A stretch of DNA of 64,000 nt. It comes from Candidatus Marinacidobacterales bacterium (GTDB taxonomy: Bacteria; Acidobacteriota; Vicinamibacteria; Marinacidobacterales; DATDRI01). Under the pieces are notes generated by a model. It made no database searches, was not told the DNA's origin, and was given only the letters and a program-made list of their open reading frames with translations. The stretch is from the NCBI GenBank assembly GCA_965219415.1, contig CBDCNP010000002.1, positions 1,184,001 through 1,248,000 of the forward strand, written 5' to 3'. Of this stretch, positions 7,809 through 18,437 are shown one piece after another (within the stretch, counting starts at the first letter, position 1; each line of letters starts with the position of its first letter). The position numbers were made by a program, and so were the translations under genes.

Positions 7809-9993
7809 ACTTTTTTCACCGTACAAACTGAACCTCGCAGGATTTTCTGGAGGTCGCTCATTACCCGCGCCCGTGCGTGGCTCGGCTTGAACTAGTTGTT
7901 GGGGGCGAGCCGTTTCAGCTCTTCGAACCAGTTGAGAACGACGTGAAGTCGCTCCGGCGGCGAGGCCTGTCTGTCTTTCTTGATCATCAAGAACCGCTGG
8001 CCGTCGGGCGTCACGTCGTAGTATGGGTAACCGGGTCGAACGTCGCCCATCTCGTAGAGCCCCTCAAACAACGCGGTTGGCCTGCCCGTTTCGAAGGATT
8101 GCGCGGTCGCAAGGACCTCGACGGCCATCATCCGGTCGGCCTCGCGATAAAAAAGCTCGGACATGTTAGCGGCCCACCGTGGCTCCGTGCCCCCCCGCGT
8201 CGAAATCTGCCTTTTCGACCCCGGTCCGGGGTAGGGGCGGACGTAGACTTGGTCCACACCGGACTCGTTCGAAACGTAGACGATCCAATTTCCATCTGGC
8301 GAGAACATCAGCTGAATCTCGTCGGGGGCGTCACCAAGAAACGGGCGAGCTCCCATGTCTGCGCCCACCGTCAGCATCCAGCCGTCCAAGCGTCTGGCGG
8401 TGAAGTCTCCGTCCGCGAAGGCCAGCAGACGGCCGTTAGGTGAGTAAGACGTCGGGAACTGCACTCCTGGCCTGGACAACAGCCGCACCGCCGTGCCGCT
8501 GCCGTCAGCAGGCTGGGAGAACAGGTTGATGTCATAATCGTAGACGGCGCCCTCCGCGCTGTCCGGTGCTCGGGGCACCAGCGAACTGAATGTCACCCGC
8601 TTACCGTCGGGTGTCCAGACAGGGTTAATGGCTCTACGAAAAGTGAGTTGGCCCAGGGTACCGCTCTGCAGGTCGTAGATGTGGATGTTCTTGTCCTGAC
8701 CAAATCCGATGGTCACGGCTAACCTGCGGCCGCCGGGCGATAGGGTTGGAGATCCATAGGAGTTCGGTTCGAGTGGCAGCTCCTCCTCTTCCCCCTGACG
8801 ATTCACCCACGCGAGTGTGCTGCTTCTCTGCTGCACCCCGCCCGGCACCACGACGAGCGATCCGTTGGCGGAGATCGAGAACTGCGCGGCACCTTCTGGG
8901 TGCGACATGACTCTGTCGACGAGTGGAACGGGGGCCCGGTCGTCTCGAGCCTCGAGGGGTCGAAAGGAGCTGCGAAGAGTTGGCCGGAATAGGCCCAGAC
9001 GAGGTGGCCCGATTGCACGAATCGAGGATGAGTGCCACCCTCAACCAGGACCTTCCGCTCGCCCGTCACGAGCGAGTGAACGGTGATCTGTGCCTCCTCG
9101 AAGCTCGAGCTGCCGGCCGTCTGCGTTGCGAAGAGCACTGCCTTTCCGTCCGGCAGAACCTGCGGCCACCGATGGCTGAATTCCCCAGGTGCCAGGCGAG
9201 TCACCACCTCCGGTGTACCACCGCCTGCCGAGACCTTCCAGATGCCGCTTCCTGTACCTGGGACGAAAAAGATGGTGTCATCGGGTCCCCAGCTCGCGCC
9301 CCGTGTCACTGGCGCCACGTCGCATATGGTTACCGAAGCTCCGCCCAGGCGTGACACCTTCTTCAGCTCTCGCGCAGTGAAAAACCCGACCCAGTCGCCG
9401 TCAGGTGAGAAGAAAGGAAAGGGCGCCGCCATCAAGGCTCCTAGCTGGACGTAAACCAAATGCCCTGTTGGCACGTAGCGCGCATCACTCCCCCCTTCGA
9501 TGAGGACTTTTCGCTCGCTGGTGTCGAGCCGTTGAGCCACGATCAGCGCATCACTCCAACTGCCACCGGTCCTGACCGTGAAGAGGATGGCCTTGCCGCC
9601 GGGCAAATGCTGAGGAAAACGATGACTAAGCTCTCCCTCGTCGCTGTTGAGTTTGGTTAGTCGATCAGGCTCGCCGCCAGAAGCGGGCACGCGCTCTAGA
9701 CCTCGAGACCACTGGTGGAAGAAGACAATCCATCCGTCGTGCCCCCAGCTTCCTCCGCGACTGACCGGAGCGGGGGCTAGCACGGTGGCTCTACCGCCGG
9801 TGATGGGCACTTTCTTGAGTTGTCCCGCGGCAAAAAAACCTATCCGGGAACCATCCGGCGAGAAGAATGGACCCTCACCATCTTCGGTGCCAGCAATGGG
9901 CTCGGATTCCAAACTGTCGAGGCGACGCAGGAAGATTTGCTGAACGCCGTCTCGCTCGGCAACGTAGACGAAAGCGTTTCCCTCTGGGGAAAC

Positions 9994-11366
9994 GAGCTAC
10001 CCTCAGAAGGTGTGGAAATAAAGTAAAGGCGGAGTAACCTTCCGCGTCACGAAACACGGCGTGAAGGGGCCAACGGAAGGAGACACCGCCATGAAGGAAA
10101 AGACCACAAGACGACGGAGCTCGTCAAGGGTGGCTTGGGAGTCGCTGGAGAAGTGGGCGAGGCTCGAGATCCAGGATTGGGTGCAGGAGCTGATGGTAGC
10201 CGAAGTCACGGAGCTTCTCGGGCGTGAGAAATCGGAGAGACGGAAGCCCGTGGACACAACGGCGGGCTATCGAAATGGATACGGTAAGCCTCGGAAGCTG
10301 ACGATGAGCGTGGGCACAGTGACGGTTCGCCGGCCGAGAGTACGGGACGTGGAGGAGAGGTTCGAAAGTCGAGTGCTTCCGCTGTTCAAGCGTCGGAGCG
10401 AAACGGTGAGCGAGTTGATTCCGGAGCTGTACCTGCATGGATTAGCTCACGGAGATTTCGATTTGGCGCTCCGCGGGCTTCTAGGGGAGGACGCTCCACT
10501 TTCTCCCAGCACGGTGTCGCGGCTGAAACAGAAATGGCAGGGAGAGTACGAGCAGTGGCTAGCTCGCCCACTGGACGAACTCGAGCTCGTGTCCCTGTGG
10601 GTAGATGGCGTGTACGTGAAGGCCGGCCTTGAGAAGGACAAGGCGGCGGTGCTAGTTGCGGTTGGTGGCCTGTCCGACGGGACGAAAATCGTCCTGACGC
10701 TGGAGGCCGGGCATCGAGAATCCGAAGCGTCATGGTCGTCGCTGCTACGGAGACTGAAGAAGCGCGGTCTGAGATGTCCCCGTTTGGTGATCGGTGACGG
10801 TCATCTCGGCATCTGGGCCGCGACCCGAAACGTATTTCCAGAAGCTGAGGAGCAGCGGTGCTGGAACCACCGAATCCTCAACGTACTGGACCGGATTCCG
10901 AAAAGGGACCAGGCGCAGGCCAAAGCCGCTGTTGACGGCGATCCCCTACGCCACCAGCCTGCAGGAGTGCGAGACGAAGAAGGCCAAGTTCCAGGATTGG
11001 TGCTTGCGCAAGGGTCTTCCGGGGGCCGCGCACGTGCTCGACGAGGACTGGGAGCGGATGGTCAGCTTCTATTCCTTTCCCAAGCCTCACTGGCAACACC
11101 TTCGCACGAGCAACGTCGTGGAGTCACCGTTCGCTGCACTGAGATTGAGAACGGATGCGGCCAAAAGGTTCAAGAAAGTCGAGTCCGCCACTGCGACAAT
11201 CTTCAAACTGCTTCTGGTTGCGGAGAAGAATTTTCGCCGGCTCAACGCACCGGAGCTGATGCGAGAGGTTCACCTGGGCGTTCGATTTGAAGATGGAGAC
11301 AGGGTAACGGAGTCGTCGAAGGTTGCTGCTGCCTGAACTTTTTTACACACCTATTGACAAGAGCTC
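9994..11366 (+). mobile_element. IS256-family insertion sequence (1373 bp)
   Basis: 8-bp TSD GGGGAAAC at 9986-9993 and 11367-11374. Imperfect TIRs GAGCTACCCTCAGAAGGTGTGGAAA and (reverse complement) GAGCTCTTGTCAATAGGTGTGTAAA. Confidence 0.95.
10090..11336 (+). pseudogene. IS256/Mutator transposase, frameshift near 10925
   Basis: YRNGY, RPRVR, LWVDG, IGDGHLG, QRCWNH, then in a second frame LRTSNVVESPF...KVAAA*. Confidence 0.9.
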
Positions 11367-12445
11367 GGGGAAACGGCCACGGGCGACAAGTTTCCCAAAC
11401 CCGCCAATCGCTCGCCCGGCGGTAAAGCCAGGGTGAAGCGTGCAGCGGGCCATGCCTTTTTTGAGGACTTGAGATTCCAGACCGCGAGGCCGGCAACGAC
11501 GGCTGCCAAAACCGCAACCACGACAAAAGGTATCGTTCGCTGCCCAAGCTTAGGAGCAGGAATAACCGTATCTGTCGTGAGACCACCCTCGGCAATCCAC
11601 TTCAACTCATCGTGGAGGTCGCTTGCGCTCTGCCACCTGCTATCGGGGTCCTTGGACAAACACTTCTTGATCACCCGGTCCAAGGCGGGAGGCGTCATCG
11701 GCTGAAGCTCCGATATGGCCGGAGGATCTCTCTCCATGATGGCCACGATCAAACTGGCCTGACTCGTTCCTTCAAATGCTTTCTTCCCCGTGACCATCTC
11801 GTAGACCACGGCACCGAAGGTGAGGATGTCGGTTCGTGCATCCGCTTCCTTACCTTCGAGCTGGTCCGGGGCCATGTACTGGAAGGTTCCCAGGATCGAG
11901 CCTTCTTGTGTGAGCGGCTTCGCCTCGGTCGGCAGTGCCGATAGTCCACCGGCATTCGTTTCCGCTGCCGTCATTTTCGCCAGCCCGAAGTCCAGCAGCT
12001 TCGCGCCGGATTTCGCAAGCATGATGTTGCCGGGCTTCAAGTCCCGATGCACGACACCTTGGCGATGGGCTTTGTCGAGAGCGTCGGCGATCTCGGTACC
12101 GTATCGCAGGGCTTCGTCGAGAGGTAGAGCACCTTTCTTCAATAGATCGGCAAGGGTGTCTCCCTCGATATGCTCCATGACCATGAAGTCGATGCCATTC
12201 TCGCTACCGATGTCGTAAAGCGTGCATATGTGTGGATGGTTCAAGCTGGAGACAGCACGGGCTTCACGCTCGAATCTTTGACGGACTTCGGGATGGCTCG
12301 CTACGTGAGACGGAAGGACTTTGATGGCGACGGTGCGATCGAGGCGTGTGTCTTTGGCTTTGTAAACCTCACCCATACCACCTGCACCTAGAGGTGCCTG
12401 GATTTCATAGGGACCCAGACGCTCACCAGCGTTAAGAGCCACTAA

Positions 12446-12480
12446 CCCCTCACCCTACCCTCTCCCAAAAGGGGAGAGGG
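12446..12480. repeat. REP-like palindromic element CCCCTCACCCTACCCTCTCCC-AAAAG-GGGAGAGGG
   Basis: 9-bp stem CCCTCTCCC/GGGAGAGGG with a CCCTCACCC leader, a widespread bacterial intergenic repeat type. It abuts the kinase GTG at 12442. Confidence 0.65.
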
Positions 12481-12527
12481 TTTTAAGGAAGAAAGCCAAA
12501 GTCATTGTGGTGAAAATAGCGCTCTAC

Positions 12528-13986
12528 GGGGATGTCCCGCCGGATGTTGAATTTGGGGTAGCGGCGGCTCCTTGGCCGGCCTAAGAATAGGTCTGCCAAA
12601 CAACCGTCTCCAGAGGGGGACAAGGAGCCACCAATGCCTAGGAAATCAAAGAAGCCAGTAAGAAAGCAAACGCACTCGCCTACGGGCAAGGTAGTTGGCC
12701 AAGTCGGTCAGATACTGCTACCGATGATAGCTGGGATCGCGGCCACGAAGGCGGAACTGACGGAATGGGTGTACGAGCAAGGACTGACAGCTCTGCACCT
12801 ACTGCTCAGAGAGGACGCCGAGGAGATCGCGGGGCTCAAGGGCAAGCACGAGAAGGAGCGAACTCATAACCACTGGGGGAGCACGAACGGAGAGCTGAGC
12901 TTCGGTGGTCGTCGCATCCAAGTGTCGCGACCTCGAGTTCGCTCGAAGTCGGGCGAGGAGGCGTCGCTTCCACACTTCGAAGCCTTCCGCGAAGAAGACC
13001 CGCTTCCAGAGCGAGTGTTGAATCAGATCTTGGTGGGGGTATCGACCCGAAATTACGAATCGAGTCTGAACAAACCCGCGGCCAAGTTGAAGTCTCGTGG
13101 CACGAGTAAGAGTGCCGCCAGCCGTCACCTCGTGAGCCAGACGACTAAGAAGCTCGAGGAATACCTGTCTCGGCGGCTAGAGGAGTTCGAGCTTGCGGCA
13201 CTGATGCTGGATGGCCTTGAGGTGGCCGGACAGACCGTCGTCGTAACTCTAGGTATCACAATAGATGGAACGAAGGTGCCCCTGGGTATATGGCTGGGCT
13301 CGACGGAGAACTCTCGGGTGTGCACCGCGATGTTGCAGGACCTTCTCGAGCGGGGCTTGCGCGTCGATGAGTCGATTCTCTGCGTAGTGGACGGAGGCAA
13401 AGGCATCCGCAAGGCACTCGTCGACGTTTTGGGGGACCTCGCGGTCATCCAAAGGTGCCAGATCCATAAACTCCGAAATCTTCGCTCGTACCTTCCCAAG
13501 TCTCGTCACGCCTACGTGCTCCAGACGATGAAGGAAGCCTACAAGTGCAAGAGTGCCGACAAGGCGCGCAAGCGACTTCAGGCATTGGTGTCGTGGCTCG
13601 AGCGAAACGGCTACGACGAAGCTGCCGGAAGCCTTCGTGAAGGAATGGAAGAGACACTCACGGTCGTGAAGCTCGCGCTGCCCGCCTTACTTCGCCAGTC
13701 TCTTGCCACGACGAACGCCATTGAGAATCTCAACGGAACCATTCGCAGAGTATCGAGAAACCTCAAGCGTTGGAAGAGTCCTTCCATGGTTCGCCGATGG
13801 ACCGCTCTTGGCGTCGTCACCGCGCAGAAAGAGTTCCGCGTATCAAAGGCTATCGCCATATGGGCGCTCTCGTTCACGCGCTTAGAAGCAAACAGAAATC
13901 TCTTGACAGCGATGAGTTTGCTGCCTAAGAGTATTCACAGGTGCCGTCGCTACCCGACCAAATTCAACAGCGGCCGGGACATCCCC
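12528..13986 (+). mobile_element. Second, divergent IS256-family element (1459 bp)
   Basis: 8-bp TSD CGCTCTAC at 12520-12527 and 13987-13994. ~40-bp TIRs GGGGATGTCCCG...TGTTGAATTTGG...GGTAGCG-CGGC. Confidence 0.95.
12634..13928 (+). CDS. IS256-family transposase; 1-nt loss near 13838, true C-terminus RIKGYRHMGALVHALRSKQKSLDSDEFAA*
   Basis: RPRVR, GVSTR, LMLDG, VDGGKG, QRCQIHK, TTNAIENLN. The ORF-track end at 14001 runs through the TIR because of the shift. Confidence 0.9.
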
Positions 13987-14081
13987 CGCTCTACAGGCTG
14001 AAAAGTCAATGAGTAGACAGGCCTCGGCTCGCGCACGAGGCTGCTTGAGCGGGACTTCGGGCGTCTGTCACGTACGCGAAA

Positions 14082-15000
14082 TCATAGGTTAGCCAGACGC
14101 CGATTTCGGCCGTCATCGAACGGGGTTGCCGGTCTACGGCTAGCCAGACGGCGGTATCGTTCCATCACCTCTTTCCCGTAGTCGCATTCGGCTAGATGCT
14201 GATTGTGCGTTGGACACATCATTTGAAGGCTCTCAAGGCTGTGGTCGCCACCCCGGGCAAAGGAGTTCGGCCGTCATTGAGGGTGGTTGCCAATCTAAAG
14301 CTAGCCAGACGGCGATGGAATTGCAGTGCCTGCCGCTCGCTGCATCGCCTACCCTGCTCGTTCACGAAGGTGCACCGATTTCCGTCCCGGTTGCTCACCG
14401 CGCGCCTCACCGGGGCCGGGATGTAGCGTGAGGATGGAGAGGTGTCGGTTCTTTCGAAATCCTGTCTCGGCGCCCGCGCCTTTCCATAGCGCCTCGACTC
14501 CAACCTCTCCAGCTTCTCCGTCACGGCTTCGTCGATGATGACAGCCAAATCGCTGTCTGGCATGAGCGCCCGGAGGCGGTCCAACTTGTCGCGGAGCTCC
14601 GCACTGGCTGTGAACTGGACCTTGTAACGGGCGGGGGCAAGAGGCTCCACCAACACAGGCTTGGCCTTCGCCGGGGCCGGTGACGGCTTTTGAACTTGGT
14701 CCGGACCTAGTTGAGGTGCGGGCGGCCGTTTTGGCTTTGCCCGCTGCACGGGTAGCTTGCGTATCGTCGTGGGAACGTCCGGCTTGGGTGAAAGCTCGGC
14801 CACCAGCTCCTCGATTTCCCGCTTCGACTTGTGCACGGAACGGGCCAGCAAGGTCTCTCGATTGGCCTCCGTGAGCACTCGTCTACCTCTGCAATATGAG
14901 CGACCAACTCCGACTCGACGCGTCGTGATTGCTGCATCAGCCCCGATAGGCGGTGAAGTAGCTCATCATCCGAAATCGATTTCAATAACTTGCTAGACAT
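14082..15000 (-). pseudogene. DUF222-like/HNH endonuclease pseudogene
   Basis: AGGAGG + ATG 15000 (LKSISDDELLHRLS...ELVAHIAEVDE), internal deletion and frameshift, then SRYIPAPVRRAV..RDGNRCTFV...RC..LQFH. In a shifted frame: FARGGDHSLESLQMMCPTHNQHLAECDYG. Confidence 0.8.
14105..14314. repeat. Two 49-bp direct repeats (14105-14153, 14266-14314) plus a partial third near 14090
   Basis: TTCGGCCGTCAT..GA..G.GGTTGCC..TCTA..GCTAGCCAGACGGCG, 41/49 identical. Confidence 0.85.
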
Positions 15001-15192
15001 CAGTCGGCCTCCTCAAGACTAATATAACAACGTACTTTTTTTGGCCTTGAGACGACTTGAGTCGGGAGGAACGTGCTTCGATGAAGTTTTTGCCTCGAAG
15101 CTTCTCGGCGTTGACTAGGGCGTCAATGTACGTTTTGGAGGTGGTACTACGAAAGCGTTAGCAAACCTTCGAAACTGTGCTGTGAGATCTTG

Positions 15193-15927
15193 TCAAGAGA
15201 AATCTCCATTTTTTTTCGCGACCACCTCGATCGACTCGATGCGGCCGTCCTTCAAATGGACTATGCGACGAGCTCTGGCAGCTACGTCTCTTTCGTGTGT
15301 AACCACCAGCAACGTATGCCCGTCCTCGTGAAGCTTGTCCAAGACGGCAAGGATCTCTTGCCCGGTTTTCGAATCCAGGTTGCCGGTAGGTTCATCGGCG
15401 AGAAGCAGCGAAGGATTGTTGACGAGGGCCCGCGCGATGGCGACCCGCTGGCGTTCTCCGCCCGAAAGCTCGTTGGGGCGGTGTTCGACCCGGTCGGCGA
15501 GATCTACTTTCTCGAGAGCCTCGAGACCACGTTGGCGGCGCCCCTCTAGCGGCACCCCCGCATAAATAAGAGGCAATTCGACATTGTGGAACGCGGTAGC
15601 GCGCGGCAACAGATTGAATGTCTGGAAGACGAAGCCTATTTCCTCGTTACGGACCAGCGCCAACTCATCTTCGTTCATCGAGCTCACGTCACGCCCGTTC
15701 AGCACGTACCGGCCCCGAGTTGGCGTATCTAGGCAACCGAGAAGGTTCAGGAAGGTTGACTTTCCGGAGCCGGAAGGTCCCATGATGGCAACATAGTCGC
15801 CGGTCTCGACACGCAGTTCCACGTCGCGCAGAGCGTGGATCTCCACCGAGCCCATCGGGTAGGTTTTCCATAGCCCGTGCGTTTCGATGAGGCTCAAACT
15901 GGCGCTCCTGCCGTCAAAGAAGCTCAC
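15193..15927 (-). CDS. ABC transporter ATP-binding subunit (LolD/MacB type)
   Basis: [42 protein letters not shown]. Confidence 0.95.
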   Translation of the reverse strand: MSFFDGRSASLSLIETHGLWKTYPMGSVEIHALRDVELRVETGDYVAIMGPSGSGKSTFLNLLGCLDTPTRGRYVLNGRDVSSMNEDELALVRNEEIGFVFQTFNLLPRATAFHNVELPLIYAGVPLEGRRQRGLEALEKVDLADRVEHRPNELSGGERQRVAIARALVNNPSLLLADEPTGNLDSKTGQEILAVLDKLHEDGHTLLVVTHERDVAARARRIVHLKDGRIESIEVVAKKNGDFS

Positions 15928-17204
15928 TCATGGCGCAGGGCCTCGATGGGATCGAGTCGCGAGGCTCGGATCGCGGGAGCCATGCCGAAAACGAGCCCCA
16001 CGCCCGCGGAGAAGCCGAGACCCAATGCGAAGGACCACCACGGAAGAGAGATCGGAAAGTTCACAGTGAAATGAACGAGGAGCCCGATGGCGCTGCCGAA
16101 GACAACGCCGAGGACACCCCCCACTGACGTCAGAGCGGCGGCCTCGATCAAGAACTGCCAAAGTATCTCCCGCCGTCGTGCGCCAAGCGCCTTGCGGAGT
16201 CCGATTTCGTTCGTCCGCTCGGTAACTGACATGGTCATGATCGCCATCACCCCGATACCGCCAACCAACAAGGCGATCGATGAGATCACCACAAGCCCCA
16301 AGAAAATCGCCCGCGTTGCTTGGTCCCACACTCTCAGCGCCGCGTCCTGTGTGACAACGTCGAAGTCATTAGGTTCATCCAAACGGAGCCCATGTCGGAT
16401 CCGCATGATCTCTTCGATCTCTCTCATCGCGGTATCGCGTTCTCCATCACGCGGAACGACAACGAACGTCACGTCCCGGTGGACGCCGCCATGAATGCGC
16501 ATCGATGGCACACCGAATTGCTTCTGATACTTCGTGTAGGGGATGACGACGAAATCGTCCTGCCCGGCATTGAAGCCGCCAAGGCTCGGACGTTCGGCCA
16601 AGATGCCCACTACCGTGTACTGTTGGCCGGCGATGCGCACTTGTTTTCCAATAGGATCGATTAGCGGGAAGAGCGACCGGTAGGGCGTCTGACCTAGGAC
16701 GACGACCGCCCGTCGGTGATTCACCTCCGCCGAGGTAAAGAACCGACCCGTTTCCACCGGAATAAACCCAACCTGGCCGAAGTATTCTGACGCCCCAAGA
16801 ATCGGCATCGCCTTCGTTTTCTCACCGCGATAAACGATCCTCTCCATTACGGTCTCGAGGTTGCCTCCCAACCAGAGGTCTACCCACCGAACCGATGGAA
16901 GCCTCCCAATGACCTTGGCGTCCTCCGGCGTCAGGTTGGGGCGCCGAATCAGGTCAATGAAGTCCTGCCCTGACATGAAGCTCACGCCGCTAAACTTGGC
17001 GACAAACATGGTGGTGGGACCCAACTCTTGGATCATGGCTCTGAGCGATCGATCGAAGCCGCGAATCAACGCGGTCATCCCGACGATGGCGGTGATTCCG
17101 ATGACGACGCCTACGATGGTCAGGGCGGAGCGCATCTTGTTGGCCCGCAAAGTGTCCAGTGCCATAGACGCGATTTCGCGGAAGATCGCGGTGCGAATCG
17201 TCAC
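15924..17204 (-). CDS. MacB/FtsX-like ABC permease
   Basis: [44 protein letters not shown]. Confidence 0.93.
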   Translation of the reverse strand: MTIRTAIFREIASMALDTLRANKMRSALTIVGVVIGITAIVGMTALIRGFDRSLRAMIQELGPTTMFVAKFSGVSFMSGQDFIDLIRRPNLTPEDAKVIGRLPSVRWVDLWLGGNLETVMERIVYRGEKTKAMPILGASEYFGQVGFIPVETGRFFTSAEVNHRRAVVVLGQTPYRSLFPLIDPIGKQVRIAGQQYTVVGILAERPSLGGFNAGQDDFVVIPYTKYQKQFGVPSMRIHGGVHRDVTFVVVPRDGERDTAMREIEEIMRIRHGLRLDEPNDFDVVTQDAALRVWDQATRAIFLGLVVISSIALLVGGIGVMAIMTMSVTERTNEIGLRKALGARRREILWQFLIEAAALTSVGGVLGVVFGSAIGLLVHFTVNFPISLPWWSFALGLGFSAGVGLVFGMAPAIRASRLDPIEALRHE

Positions 17205-17208
17205 TCAG

Positions 17209-18435
17209 CTATTCCCTTCGGAGGGCTTCGATGGGGCTCAAACCGGCGGCACGCAGGGCAGGATAGAGACCGAAGGAAAGGCCCACCACCGCGGTCATCG
17301 AGATTCCGAGAACAACCGACCAGAGCTCGATGGCGGCCGGCACCGGGGTCGTCCGCTCGATCGTCAGGGCCACGGCAAAGCCGAGCGCAGTGCCGATCAA
17401 GCCGCCCACGATGGAGAGCGTGACGGACTCGGTCAGGATCTGCCAAATGATGTCACGCCGCCGGGCGCCGAGCGCTTTACGTAGGCCAATCTCCCGCGTT
17501 CGCTCGGTGACGACCATCAACATGATGTTCATGATGACGATCCCGCCGACCACTAGCGAGAGGGCCACGACGCCGACCAAAACGGCAAAGATTCCCGACG
17601 TGGCGGCGTGCCAGAGGGAGAGAAGAGTACCCGAGGTGAACATTCCGAAATTGTTGTCTTCGCGCGGCTTGAGCTTGCGGTGAATGCGCAGGGCCACCAG
17701 TGCATCCTCCATCGCCCGGTGCATGAGGCTTGGGTGCGTGGGTTTGGCCATCAGAGTGAGACCCCGTCGCGCACCGAAGATCTTCCGGTGAGCGCCCAGG
17801 GCGATAATGACGAACTCGTCTTGAGAATGTCCGAAGACGACTCCCCTTTTTTCGCCGACGCCGATCACCCGAAAACGTACTCCTTCGATTCTTATGGATT
17901 TATCGAGAGGGCTCTCTCCAGCGAACAATCGATCGGCAACATCCCAGCCGATCACCGCCACCGGCCGTTTCCGGCGAATCTCAGTGGGCGTGATGAGGCG
18001 ACCGTGTTCAGCGTCGTAGTTCGAGAACCAAACGTAGTCTTCGCTGACACCCTGGATGCCGACCCGCTCCAGCTCTTTGCCTCGGTAAACAACTCTCCCC
18101 TGTCGTTCCACCCTCGCCATGACCGCGCTCACCGCAGTGGAGAAACGTCTTATCGCATCCGCATCGGCGAGGGTAATCCGCGGGTTCATCCTCCACGCCC
18201 GCTCCTCTTCCTCTTCGTCATGGATGATCCCCACGCGCTCGATCACGAAGGCATCGGCGCCCGCTTCGGACACGATCGCGTCGCTAACCTTCGCGTTCAT
18301 CCCCTGGATCAAGGCCACCACCGCGATGATCGACATAACGGCCACGATGTTGCCGAGAACGGTCAAGCTCGAACGGAGCTTGTGCGACCACACCGCGCCC
18401 AGCGCCAACCGCAACGCATCAAGAAACTGCGACAT
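17209..18435 (-). CDS. MacB/FtsX-like ABC permease
   Basis: [43 protein letters not shown]. Confidence 0.93.
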   Translation of the reverse strand: MSQFLDALRLALGAVWSHKLRSSLTVLGNIVAVMSIIAVVALIQGMNAKVSDAIVSEAGADAFVIERVGIIHDEEEEERAWRMNPRITLADADAIRRFSTAVSAVMARVERQGRVVYRGKELERVGIQGVSEDYVWFSNYDAEHGRLITPTEIRRKRPVAVIGWDVADRLFAGESPLDKSIRIEGVRFRVIGVGEKRGVVFGHSQDEFVIIALGAHRKIFGARRGLTLMAKPTHPSLMHRAMEDALVALRIHRKLKPREDNNFGMFTSGTLLSLWHAATSGIFAVLVGVVALSLVVGGIVIMNIMLMVVTERTREIGLRKALGARRRDIIWQILTESVTLSIVGGLIGTALGFAVALTIERTTPVPAAIELWSVVLGISMTAVVGLSFGLYPALRAAGLSPIEALRRE

Positions 18436-18437
18436 GG

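Larger units (their letters stand above)
7892..12442 (-). pseudogene. Hanks-type Ser/Thr kinase + TM + TolB/PD40 beta-propeller, split by IS256 and frameshifted
   Basis: Kinase motifs LGAGGMGEVY, VAIK, HRDLKPGN, DFG in 11351-12442. Removing the IS and one TSD restores ...AVSPEGNAFVYVAERDGVQQIFLRRLDSLESEPIAG, in frame with ORF 8803-9912. A 1-nt loss in the C run near 8931 shifts into ORF 7892-8908 (...LHVVLNWFEELKRL). Confidence 0.9.

Noticed and set aside
10900-10940. Programmed frameshift in the IS256 transposase
   Set aside because: IS256 elements use a single ORF and there is no slippery heptamer; more likely a mutation or error.
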